From positions 256,001-320,000 of the forward strand of contig CAWBKB010000001.1 of assembly GCA_963789265.1 (NCBI GenBank): DNA of 64,000 nt. The letters run 5' to 3'. Below the pieces are notes generated by a model that saw nothing but the letters and a program-made list of their open reading frames with translations, was not told where the DNA came from and did no database searches. Of the stretch, positions 1 to 8,695 are shown piece after piece. Each line of letters opens with the position of its first letter. Position 1 is the stretch's first letter. A program made the translations under genes and the position numbers. This DNA is from an uncultured delta proteobacterium. GTDB taxonomy: Bacteria > Desulfobacterota > Desulfomonilia > Desulfomonilales > Desulfomonilaceae.

Positions 1-1194
1 AACTATGTCGGTTGGTCTGCCGACGGTTTGAACATTTTTACCACGGCCTTTGGAAAGGAGCATGGCTGGGATCCAGCGGTACTGCTCTCGTTGGCCACCC
101 CTGGAGGGTTGATGGGAGTCGTCGGCGCATTCGTCTTCGGACAGATCATCATGAAAAAAGGACCCAGGTTTGTGACGACCGTTTGCCTGGCGTTCGCCGG
201 TCTTTCCGTAATCTGGTTCGGTAGAATCAGCTCACTCCCCGAATTCGCAGTCGCTTTCGCTGCCATAGGATTTTTTGGAAGCGGGTTCGGGTTCATAGCA
301 CCCGGTACCTTGATTACCAACTGGTTTCCAACAAAGAAAGGAATAGCCTTGGGATGGGCAACCATGGGCATGCCAGCCGCAACAGCCTTGTTCGTTCCTC
401 TCATAGCTTTCCTGTTCAGCAGTCTGGGCATCGCAAATGCCGCCGCTTTATATGGGATTATCATGATTGCTCTGGCAGTATTCGCCTTCTTCTTCGTCAA
501 GGATTTCCCGGAGCAGATCGGATGCTGCCCCGATAATGAGACGATCTCTCAGGACGAGATTCAAGCGAACCTGAAGGAGATCGAAGGCTACGAGAGCCCT
601 TTCACGCTGAAAAGGCTCATGAAAGATAGAGAAATGTGGCTCACTTCCCTGGGATTCGGCTGTCTTTGGATGGTTACATTAGGAATTGTCGTCCAGTTAG
701 TGCCACGGCTAATGAGCATAGGTTTTGACCAGCAGACAGCGATCCTCTTGCTTGCTTCGGCTGCTGTGTGCGCACTGCCTGGAAGTGTCCTCTGGGGTTG
801 GTTGGACCAGAAGTATGGAACCAAGCCCGCTGGTATGTTGTATGCCTGCTGGTATGTACTGACCCTCATTCTGTTGATTGCTCAGACGAGAAACACAGCG
901 CTTACCTTTGCCACGGTGGTTTCTGTTGGAATCGGACTCGGTGGCATAAAGAACCTGATTACCTCTATGATCGGATCAGTGTACGGTCGGTACGATTTCA
1001 CTGCTGCTAACCGCATTATCATTCCCATTTCGATCATCGTCCGTACTCTTGGATTTGCGGTCATGGGAATCGCAATGGCTTCAACCAATGGATTCTCCGG
1101 CGCTTACGCCGCCTTTATCGCCGTGGACATTATCGGGTTGATCCTGATTTTCTTTATTTCTCCCGTCTGTAAAGGGAAACTGGCCGCGACTTGA
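1..1194 (+). CDS. MFS transporter (OFA/oxalate:formate antiporter-like), 5' end outside window
   Basis: Multiple hydrophobic helices; motifs NWFPTKKGIALG and GWLDQKYG; frame is open back to the window start. Confidence 0.85.
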   Translation, partial: NYVGWSADGLNIFTTAFGKEHGWDPAVLLSLATPGGLMGVVGAFVFGQIIMKKGPRFVTTVCLAFAGLSVIWFGRISSLPEFAVAFAAIGFFGSGFGFIAPGTLITNWFPTKKGIALGWATMGMPAATALFVPLIAFLFSSLGIANAAALYGIIMIALAVFAFFFVKDFPEQIGCCPDNETISQDEIQANLKEIEGYESPFTLKRLMKDREMWLTSLGFGCLWMVTLGIVVQLVPRLMSIGFDQQTAILLLASAAVCALPGSVLWGWLDQKYGTKPAGMLYACWYVLTLILLIAQTRNTALTFATVVSVGIGLGGIKNLITSMIGSVYGRYDFTAANRIIIPISIIVRTLGFAVMGIAMASTNGFSGAYAAFIAVDIIGLILIFFISPVCKGKLAAT

Positions 1195-1525
1195 CGTTCT
1201 TCAGCAATCTGGCAAATTTTAGCAGGGTGGAGATGACTCCTCACTCCCGGCCTGATGCCCAAAAGCCACGTCCAGGCGAAGCATGTGTTTCCCCAATTTC
1301 CATCTCCATGAGGCCCTGGAGAACTGCAGAAAAGCGTTGGGTTAGGTCAGATAACAAGTCGGGTTGAACATTTTTCAAAAGTTCTGCCCGACATAATCTT
1401 TTGAATTGATAGCGGTCCGGCAACGACACAGACTCTTCTTGCAATAACTCTTGAGCAAGCCTGACAGATGACCTCTCGACCGCAGGCCAATGTCGCCTTG
1501 CCCGCGTGTCACAATTTGTCCAGGC

Positions 1526-1555
1526 TTGACAAATATATATATTTGGGCAAATAAT
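1526..1555 (+). promoter_or_regulatory. sigma70-type promoter for the TetR gene
   Basis: TTGACA at 1526-1531 and AATAAT at 1550-1555, ~27 nt before ATG 1582. Confidence 0.5.
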
Positions 1556-1575
1556 GTACTAAACGGTTGGTACAT
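1554..1575. promoter_or_regulatory. Palindromic TetR operator candidate
   Basis: ATGTAC-TAAACGGTTG-GTACAT inverted repeat between the -10 box and the start codon. Confidence 0.6.
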
Positions 1576-1581
1576 GCGAGG

Positions 1582-2184
1582 ATGAAAGTGGAGGCCGCCA
1601 CAAAAGGTGAAAAAACGAAAGCCAGGGTTCTGGAAACGGCCAGGCGACTGGTCAACGAGAAGGGGTTTTGCAACACAAGCATCAACGACATCATCCAGGC
1701 AACCGGGGTGAAAAAAGGCAATCTGTATTTCCATTTTTCCAGTAAGGAAGAACTGAGCCTGGCAATCCTGGAAGAGGCCGGCAAACAGTTCTCAGCCTTT
1801 CTATTGAAAAGCCTGCAGGGTGAACGTCCCCTGGACAAGCTGTCCAACTTTCTCGACGCGGTCTTTGAAAAGCATAGAAGGGCGAGGTTCGTCGGAGGCT
1901 GACTGTTCGGTAATACCGCTCTGGAAATGAGCGACTCGAACCCTCGTTTATCGGAACTTATAGGGACGGTCTTTGAACGCTGGACCGGACTCGTTGCAGA
2001 AGTGCTGCGTCAAGCTTGTGATGCTGGGGATCTGACCATGAGTGTCCCTCCGGAGCTGTTTGCCAAGCACATTGTTGCCACCATCGAGGGAGGAATCATG
2101 ATGTCGAGGCTGAGCAAAAATGGAGATGATCTTCGAGACTGTTTGAACTCCCTTCGGGTAGCCTTGGGAATAGAGCCGCAGTAG
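1582..2184 (+). CDS. TetR/AcrR (NemR-like) transcriptional regulator, probable selenoprotein (UGA at 1900-1902)
   Basis: ORFs 1567-1902 and 1927-2184 share a frame separated by one TGA; read-through gives FVGG-U-LFGNTALEMSD, matching the GCLxGN motif of this subfamily; N-terminal HTH (GVKKGNLYFHF); SECIS-like hairpin follows. Confidence 0.85.
1905..1941 (+). promoter_or_regulatory. Bacterial SECIS-like hairpin (TetR)
   Basis: Upper stem CGCTC(1917-21)/GAGCG(1929-33), loop TGGAAAT, lower stem GTTCG(1905-09)/CGAAC(1937-41). Confidence 0.7.
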
Positions 2185-2412
2185 AAGCTTGGTCGTCAAG
2201 CATTCAGGCGGCAATGTCCTGGAGTTCAAGGCTGACCCAATATGTTTGAGCATTAAGAGGAAACCCCATGGCACTGCTACGACGTCGAGAACCGGCTAAA
2301 TCGCATCGCAATTTTTGAAGGAGAAATCAGGGTACGAATGTGGCCAGTGCCCCAACTCCTTGCGCTTTTTAACAATTGGTCGATCATTTGCGAGAGTGCG
2401 GGGAAAATTACT

Positions 2413-3282
2413 ATGAACCTCAATTTTGGAAGAAATCGTTGGCTTTCTTTTCTATTCGGAGTGATGTTTGGGGTGATGATCTTGGTCTGTGGAATAGAGC
2501 TGCGTGCTGGAACTGCCGCGGCGGAGATCTCGTTCGACGATTACGCAGCCGTTCTTAAATCCCATGTTGATGATCACGGGATGGTCAATTACAAAGGGTT
2601 GAAGGCGAATCGCAAACCTTTGGACGATTTCATCTCGTCTCTATCTCGTCTCGATCCCAAGTTCTACGATGGTTGGAACGACAAGGAGAAGATAGCATTC
2701 TGGATAAATGCATATAATGCTTTGACTCTCAAAGCTATTGTCGACCATTACCCCATCGAGGCCTCGTTTCTCAAATCCTTTGTTTACCCCAAAAACAGCA
2801 TCCGCCAGATACCCGGAGTGTGGGACAAGCTCACGTTTGCCGTGATGGGCAGTAACATGACGCTGGACGGCATTGAGCACAGCACACTCCGAGCGAAGTT
2901 CAACGAGCCCAGAATTCATATGGCCTTGGTATGCGCGGCGATGGGATGTCCCCCTTTGAGAAACGAACCATATACTGGTGCGAAATTAGACGCTCAACTG
3001 GGCGATCAGGCGGCTAAGTTCTTGAGAAACCCGGAAAAATTCAGAATAGACCGTAATAACAGCAAAGTGAATCTCTCATCGATTTTCAACTGGTTCGGCC
3101 AGGATTTCGTAAAGACGTATGGTACCGTCAAGGAGTTTTCAGGGTTTTCAAAAAAAGAGAGAGCTGTGCTCAATTTCATAAGCCGTTATCTTGCTCCTGC
3201 GGACAGAGCCTTCCTTTTGAAAAGCGGCTTTACCATCGAATATCTGAAGTATGACTGGTCCTTGAACGAAAGGAAAATTTAG
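2413..3282 (+). CDS. DUF547 domain exported protein
   Basis: N-terminal hydrophobic segment; AFWINAYN, EPRIHMALVCAAMGCPPL and YDWSLN motifs; ATG 2413 preferred over 2338. Confidence 0.9.
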   Translation: MNLNFGRNRWLSFLFGVMFGVMILVCGIELRAGTAAAEISFDDYAAVLKSHVDDHGMVNYKGLKANRKPLDDFISSLSRLDPKFYDGWNDKEKIAFWINAYNALTLKAIVDHYPIEASFLKSFVYPKNSIRQIPGVWDKLTFAVMGSNMTLDGIEHSTLRAKFNEPRIHMALVCAAMGCPPLRNEPYTGAKLDAQLGDQAAKFLRNPEKFRIDRNNSKVNLSSIFNWFGQDFVKTYGTVKEFSGFSKKERAVLNFISRYLAPADRAFLLKSGFTIEYLKYDWSLNERKI

Positions 3283-3415
3283 GGCTTTCCGGCATCGATC
3301 TTTTTTGTGCCCGTTTGTCCCTTGAAGGCTAACCGGCTTGCAACAAGAGCCCTTGCTGAAGCTTTCGGGAACGGGAACTTGCCTTCGAGGAAATGATTTC
3401 GCGGTTGGAGGGGGA

Positions 3416-4009
3416 ATGGAAGCATTGATGAATCACGATGCATCGACGTCGCGGAAACAGGAAGCAGCCCCCGAAAAGTGGGTTGACGCTCATGGAGACT
3501 ATTTGTTTCGGTTTGCAATGAGTAGGCTTCAGGATCGCACAATCGCCGAAGATCTGGTCCAGGAAACGTTCTTGGAAGCTCTTCGCTCTCAGCAATCATT
3601 TCAGGGCAGGGCCTCGGAAAGGTCGTGGATGGTTGAGATCCTTCGCCACAGAATAGTGGACTTTATCCGGAAGAGGATTCGAGAGAAGGTGGACCACGAC
3701 GACGGATCATTTGAGAACCTGTCGGAGGAGTATTTCGATGACAAGGGAAGTTGGGCCCTAAAACCTTCGATGTGGGGAAATAACCCGTTAGAAGTCCTAG
3801 AGGAAAAGGAATTCTGGTCTGTGTTGCTCCAGTGCCTGTCAGGTCTTTCCCGCAGTGCGGCTAATGCTTTTGTGCTTCGAGTACTGGAAGAGTGGCCCTA
3901 CGAGGAATTGTCCGAAAACATGAGCATTTCAACAAACAATCTAGGAGTCATCCTGTACCGGGCTCGGATGCAGATCAGAGGTTGCTTGGAGTCGAACTGG
4001 ATCAAGTGA
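3416..4009 (+). CDS. ECF RNA polymerase sigma factor
   Basis: AEDLVQETFL region 2 and NLGVILYRAR region 4; GGAGG RBS before ATG 3416. Confidence 0.9.
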   Translation: MEALMNHDASTSRKQEAAPEKWVDAHGDYLFRFAMSRLQDRTIAEDLVQETFLEALRSQQSFQGRASERSWMVEILRHRIVDFIRKRIREKVDHDDGSFENLSEEYFDDKGSWALKPSMWGNNPLEVLEEKEFWSVLLQCLSGLSRSAANAFVLRVLEEWPYEELSENMSISTNNLGVILYRARMQIRGCLESNWIK

Positions 4010-4027
4010 ACAACCGGGTGGACGATC

Positions 4028-4291
4028 ATGTTGTCCTGCATAGAAGTGACAAGACTCATCTCCGAATCTTTGGACAGGCCGCTGAGTTTTCGGCAGCGGA
4101 TGTCAGTGGCCATGCACCTTTTTGTCTGTAGATTTTGTTCGCGTTATCGGAAACAGATGCGGCTCATAAGCCTTGCAGTACAGCGCTTGGCAAAAGACAA
4201 AGGTGATGCGCTTGAGAATATCTCCGATGACATGCTTTCACCCGAAGCGCGTGAACGGATCAAAGAAAACTTGCGCAGTGGATCCACGTGA
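4028..4291 (+). CDS. zf-HC2 anti-sigma factor
   Basis: MLSC...HLFVCRFC (HxxxCxxC) directly after the ECF gene. Confidence 0.9.
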   Translation: MLSCIEVTRLISESLDRPLSFRQRMSVAMHLFVCRFCSRYRKQMRLISLAVQRLAKDKGDALENISDDMLSPEARERIKENLRSGST

Positions 4292-4364
4292 GCTACCGGG
4301 TCGGCGAATACCGAGCGCCTGGTCGTCGTAACATTCTCTCGGTTCAAGGAATTTTGGAATCTCG

Positions 4365-4392
4365 GTGTAAGCATTTCGTGTTTCAGACGACT
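4365..4392 (+). promoter_or_regulatory. Candidate ECF promoter 1
   Basis: GTGTAAG-N14-GACGACT, same motif and spacing as at 13024-13051; upstream of the reductase-arsS operon. Confidence 0.6.
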
Positions 4393-4522
4393 TAAGGGTA
4401 ACAGCAATTAACGGAAGGAAGCGCGCGGCATCCTCTATTTCATCGAAGCATATTTCCGCAAGGAGAAGATTGCGGACAGAACGTCAATTATTAGGATTTG
4501 AAGGTCCCGAAAGGGGGACACA

Positions 4523-6820
4523 ATGGATGGTACAGCCGAACAATATGGAATGGTCTCCGGATCAAGGCCCAAATTAAGACTTGCAAAAATCATTCTGGTG
4601 GTCGTCATTGCATTGACTCTGTTGCTGTGCCTCTTCCTCTTACCGGTTAAGGATTATTTGATCGTCGCTCTTGAGTGGACACGAGGACTCGGCGTTTGGG
4701 GCCCCTTGTTTGTAGCGGCGTTTTACGTCGTGGCAGCGGTACTTTTCCTACCCGGCTCTATTATCACGCTGGGTGCCGGGTTCCTGTTCGGAGTCCCAGT
4801 GGGTATGCTCACAGTTTGGATCGGGGCGAACCTTGGAGCGTATGCTGCGTTCCTCGTGGGACGAACTGTCGCACGTGAATGGGTCGCACAAAAAGTAAAG
4901 GGAAACGCAAAGTTCGCTGCTATTGACGAAGCACTGGGCAGAGAAGGGTTCAAAATAGTGCTGCTGTTGCGATTGAGCCCGGTGTTTCCGTTCGACCTTC
5001 TTAACTATGCGCTCGGAATTACGAAAGTCTCTTTCGCAAATTATGCCTTGGCCTCACTCATAGGAATGCTTCCCGGCACGCTTATGTACGTTTACTTTGG
5101 CTCGGCAGCAAGATCTCTCACAGAGCTAGCTGCAGGCAAAGTGGAAACCGGGTCAGCCGGCCAAGTGTTCTTTTGGTTCGGACTGGCTGCCACAATTGCA
5201 GTTGCGCTGTTCGTCACAAGAATTGCCCGCAAGAGCTTGAAAGTAGCGGACGCGTCATCTGCTGTTGCAAAAACACCGCAAACACTGATCCCACCTCTTT
5301 TGGATGGCGGGGTCGAGGTTATCCCTGATGACAGGTACAACCGAGAGCTGGTATCTAACGTGCATCCGACCGGTTGGAGCAATCCCCAACCCGCACAACG
5401 CTACAACCTGGTAGTTCTCGGGGCTGGGACGGCTGGGCTCGTTACTGCGGCAGGTGCAGCGGGGCTGGGAGCGAAAGTTGCCCTGGTGGAACGGCATCTC
5501 ATGGGAGGCGATTGCCTCAACTACGGATGTGTGCCATCCAAAGCTCTGATTCGATCATCCAGGGCGTTTGCAGAGATACAGGCGTCGCAAAATTACGGAA
5601 TCGAGGTTCCAGAAGGGGCGTCAATCAATTTTTCGGCGGTTATGGAGCGATTGAGAAGACTCCGAGCAGGAATCAGCCATCATGATTCTGCACAGCGTTT
5701 CAAGGACCTGGGCGTGGATGTTTTCCTCGGGCATGCCGCATTCACCGGCCGTAACACGATAGAGGTCGACAATAAGTCCCTGCATTTCAAGAAGGCGGTC
5801 ATAGCTACCGGCGCCCGGGCCATGCACCCGGGAATCAAAGGCCTGGCCGAGGCGGGGTTTCTCACGAATGAGACTGTGTTTTCTTTGACCGAAAGGCCTT
5901 CGCGACTCGCCCTGATTGGAGGCGGTCCAATAGGCTGTGAACTGGCGCAGGCGTTCCAGAGATTAGGCAGTCAGGTGATTCTTTTCCACAAGAATGACCA
6001 CATACTGGATCGCGAGGACGCGGATGCTGCGGAAATCATTCAGAACAGATTCATCAAAGAGAGGATTCGACTCATTCTGAACAGTGACCTGAAAGAAGTC
6101 GAGACGGTCAACGGCGAAAAGGTGATCCATTTCGAAGTTAGCGGAAAGAGAGACTCCGTCGCTGTGGACGAGATTCTAGTTGGAGCAGGCCGAGCGCCGA
6201 ATGTTGAGCATCTCAACTTGGAGGCCGCTGGAGTTCAATATGATACTCGCAAGGGTTTTTTTGTAGATGATTACTTACGGACCACAAATCGTGCCATTTT
6301 TGCGGTCGGTGATATTTCCATGAGTTATAAGTTTACCCACACCGCAGACGCGGCTGCTCGCATAGTGATTCAGAACGCCCTTTTCAAGGGATCCAAGAAA
6401 CTCAGCGCCCTGACTGTTCCGTGGTGCACCTACACCGATCCGGAAATCGCCCATGTCGGGATGTATGAGAGAGATGCGATAAAGCGCGGAATAGCCGTCG
6501 ACACATTCGTCAGACCTCTGGTGGAAGTTGATAGACCAATACTGGATGGCGAAGCAGACGGATTCGTAAAAGTTCATGTGAAAAATGGCACGGATAAGAT
6601 CCTCGGGGCCACAATAGTGGCTGCTCACGCCGGGGAAATGATAAGCGAACTCACCTTGGCCATGGTGGGAAAGCTGGGGCTCGGGACGATATCGGGAGTC
6701 ATCCATCCCTACCCAACGCAAGCAGAAGCGATCAAGCAGGCTGCGGACGCGTACAGTCGAACCAGACTCACCCCGCTTGTCAAGACGCTCTTTACGAAAT
6801 GGCTTTCCTGGACTCGTTGA
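4523..6820 (+). CDS. VTT/DedA (TVP38/TMEM64) domain fused to a mercuric-reductase-like flavin disulfide oxidoreductase
   Basis: N-terminal LLRLSPVFPF..LNY DedA motif; GAGTAG FAD site, GGDCLNYGCVPSK redox disulfide, HPYPT..E; no C-terminal Cys-Cys. Confidence 0.9.
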   Translation: MDGTAEQYGMVSGSRPKLRLAKIILVVVIALTLLLCLFLLPVKDYLIVALEWTRGLGVWGPLFVAAFYVVAAVLFLPGSIITLGAGFLFGVPVGMLTVWIGANLGAYAAFLVGRTVAREWVAQKVKGNAKFAAIDEALGREGFKIVLLLRLSPVFPFDLLNYALGITKVSFANYALASLIGMLPGTLMYVYFGSAARSLTELAAGKVETGSAGQVFFWFGLAATIAVALFVTRIARKSLKVADASSAVAKTPQTLIPPLLDGGVEVIPDDRYNRELVSNVHPTGWSNPQPAQRYNLVVLGAGTAGLVTAAGAAGLGAKVALVERHLMGGDCLNYGCVPSKALIRSSRAFAEIQASQNYGIEVPEGASINFSAVMERLRRLRAGISHHDSAQRFKDLGVDVFLGHAAFTGRNTIEVDNKSLHFKKAVIATGARAMHPGIKGLAEAGFLTNETVFSLTERPSRLALIGGGPIGCELAQAFQRLGSQVILFHKNDHILDREDADAAEIIQNRFIKERIRLILNSDLKEVETVNGEKVIHFEVSGKRDSVAVDEILVGAGRAPNVEHLNLEAAGVQYDTRKGFFVDDYLRTTNRAIFAVGDISMSYKFTHTADAAARIVIQNALFKGSKKLSALTVPWCTYTDPEIAHVGMYERDAIKRGIAVDTFVRPLVEVDRPILDGEADGFVKVHVKNGTDKILGATIVAAHAGEMISELTLAMVGKLGLGTISGVIHPYPTQAEAIKQAADAYSRTRLTPLVKTLFTKWLSWTR

Positions 6821-6858
6821 GGCGAGATCCAATAGCCGATACTGTCAGGAGGAGATTC

Positions 6859-7192
6859 ATGGAAACCTATTATGACCCCAAAGACCTTCCGAAATTCGCT
6901 GACATCGGAGAAGAAGCTCCCGAGTTGGCAAAGAAGTTCTTCGATTACTATGGAGCCGTGTTTGCCGAAGGTGAACTCACAGAACGAGAAAAGGCTTTGA
7001 TCGCCCTGGCTGTAGCACATGCCGTTCAATGTCCGTATTGCATAGACGCCTATACCCAGAACCTGTTTGGAAAAAGGGGCCAGTCTCGGTGAAATGACTG
7101 AGGCCGTTCACGTGACCACGGCCATCAGGGGCGGCGCTTCGCTTGTACACGCGACTCAGATGAGGAAAATTGTCAAGAAGGTTTCCATGTGA
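6859..7192 (+). CDS. Carboxymuconolactone-decarboxylase-like (arsenosugar biosynthesis-associated peroxidase-like) protein, +1 frameshift near 7060
   Basis: METYY...QCPYCIDAYTQ then shifted frame TCLEKGASLGEMTEAVHVTTAIRGGASLVH...SM*; AGGAGG RBS. Confidence 0.85.
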
Positions 7193-7207
7193 GCCACGGA
7201 GGGTGTC

Positions 7208-8236
7208 ATGCCTCAGGAACCAACGTCGGCCGACAAGGCGTCAAGCGTTGAAAGCTCTCTAGCCTGTAGAGTGGAACCTTTTGCAGGAACTCTGGCCAGG
7301 CACGGACTTGAACTGAAGAGAGGCCATGCCAACACGCTGCAAATCAACGTTGGTTTGATATGCAACCAGGCTTGCCGGCATTGTCATCTCGAAGCTGGAC
7401 CCAACCGGTCAGAAATGATGAGCCGTGACACGATAGACGAGGTTGTTGCCTACGCCAAAAGGGCACGTTTTCAGGTCGTGGATATCACTGGCGGCGCTCC
7501 AGAAATGAACCCCCAACTGGCCTATCTCATTGAAATGATAGCCCCTCTGACTCCAAGACTGATGCTCCGGGCGAATCTCACTGCGTTGGCTGAACAGAAC
7601 TCGCATCAATTAATAAAGCTGTGCAAGATTCACCGGGTGGTGATTATGGCTTCGTTTCCTTCAGTCAGTGCTTCCCAGACTGACTCTCAGAGGGGCACTG
7701 GCGTGTTGGAGAGGAGCATCGCCATGCTAAAGAAGCTCAATGACCTGGGTTACGGGCCGGAGGGAACGGGTCTGGAACTCAATCTTGTTTCCAATCCCAC
7801 CGGTGCGTTTCTGCCGGTACCCCAATCCCAGGCAGAAAAGAAGTTCAAAGCCGACCTTGGACGAAAATGGGGACTTGTCTTCAACAATCTCTTCACATTC
7901 GCGAATGTCCCGCTGGGAAGATTCCTTGCCTGGCTCAAGGCATCAGGAAACCTTGAAGCATATATGCAGAAGCTCTCAGGAAGCTTCAATCCGTGTACGG
8001 TCGAGGGTTTGATGTGTCGGACGTTCGTATCTGTGGATTGGGAAGGCTATCTATACGACTGCGATTTCAACTTGGCCAGGGGAGCCGGCCTTGCCGGTGG
8101 CAAGCGACATGTCTTAGAGATGGATGGTTTGCCGGAACCTGGAACGCGAATACCCACAGGCAATCATTGTTATGCCTGCACAGCCGGGTCAGGCTTTACG
8201 TGAGGCGGGTCCATTGCGACCCAGGTGGGTCCCTGA
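7208..8236 (+). CDS. arsS: Arsenosugar biosynthesis radical SAM (seleno)protein, UGA at 8201-8203
   Basis: CNQACRHC motif, LMCR, YDCDFN, and C-terminal HCYACTAGSGFT-U-GG where homologues read CTAGxGxxCGG; SECIS-like hairpin follows. Confidence 0.9.
8218..8231 (+). promoter_or_regulatory. Bacterial SECIS-like hairpin (arsS)
   Basis: GACCC-AGGT-GGGTC; AGGU loop resembles the E. coli fdhF SECIS loop. Confidence 0.75.
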
Positions 8237-8347
8237 GAAACGACGTGTACGGGCCTGCCCTTGCCCGGGTGCCCAGGTGCTCTTCGCCGTGTCATTTCCC
8301 TTGCTCCCCATTCAGGCAGAGACTGGGTGAACAGGAGGTCAGGCAAA

Positions 8348-8695
8348 ATGGAACTCAGAGGAAAAGCTGAAATTCTACAGGTCCGAATACTCTATTCTGA
8401 AGGATGTGCCAACACTCCTCCGACCGTCGAATTGGTGAAAAAGGTTGCTCAGGAACTCAATGTGTCAATTCATGTAGAGATGATGGCGGTAAGAACCCTA
8501 CAAGAAGCACAAGAACTTCGTTTCTTGGGAAGTCCTACAGTCCAAATTGACGGAATAGACATCGAGCCTTCATGCCTTGATAACTGCACATACGGGCTGA
8601 CCTGACGCCGGTACGAGGCCTCAGGCGTGCCCCCTGAGGAGATGGTACGACAGGCGTTGCTGAGGGCTTCACGACAAAGAGGCCAGGAAATGTGA
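8348..8695 (+). CDS. Thioredoxin-like DF-family (seleno)protein, UGA at 8603-8605
   Basis: AGGAGG RBS; EGCAN, FLGSPTVQIDGIDIEP, then YGLT-U-RRY (family GLxCRxY); read-through continues 29 codons to TGA 8693-8695, overlapping the next ORF's GTG. Confidence 0.8.
8619..8639 (+). promoter_or_regulatory. Bacterial SECIS-like hairpin (DF protein)
   Basis: CCTCAGG-CGTGCCC-CCTGAGG, 7-bp stem starting 14 nt after the UGA. Confidence 0.7.

Noticed and set aside
4523..6820. Calling this gene merA
   Set aside because: It lacks the C-terminal Cys pair, and there are no merR/T/P genes nearby.
7060..7092. Sec in the CMD-like protein
   Set aside because: The relevant codon is TGT (Cys) once the +1 frameshift is corrected; the TGA at 7090 is out of frame.
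8234..8347. Second UGA read-through fusing arsS to the DF protein (same frame)
   Set aside because: ArsS homologues end shortly after the GG, and the DF gene has its own AGGAGG RBS and ATG at 8348.
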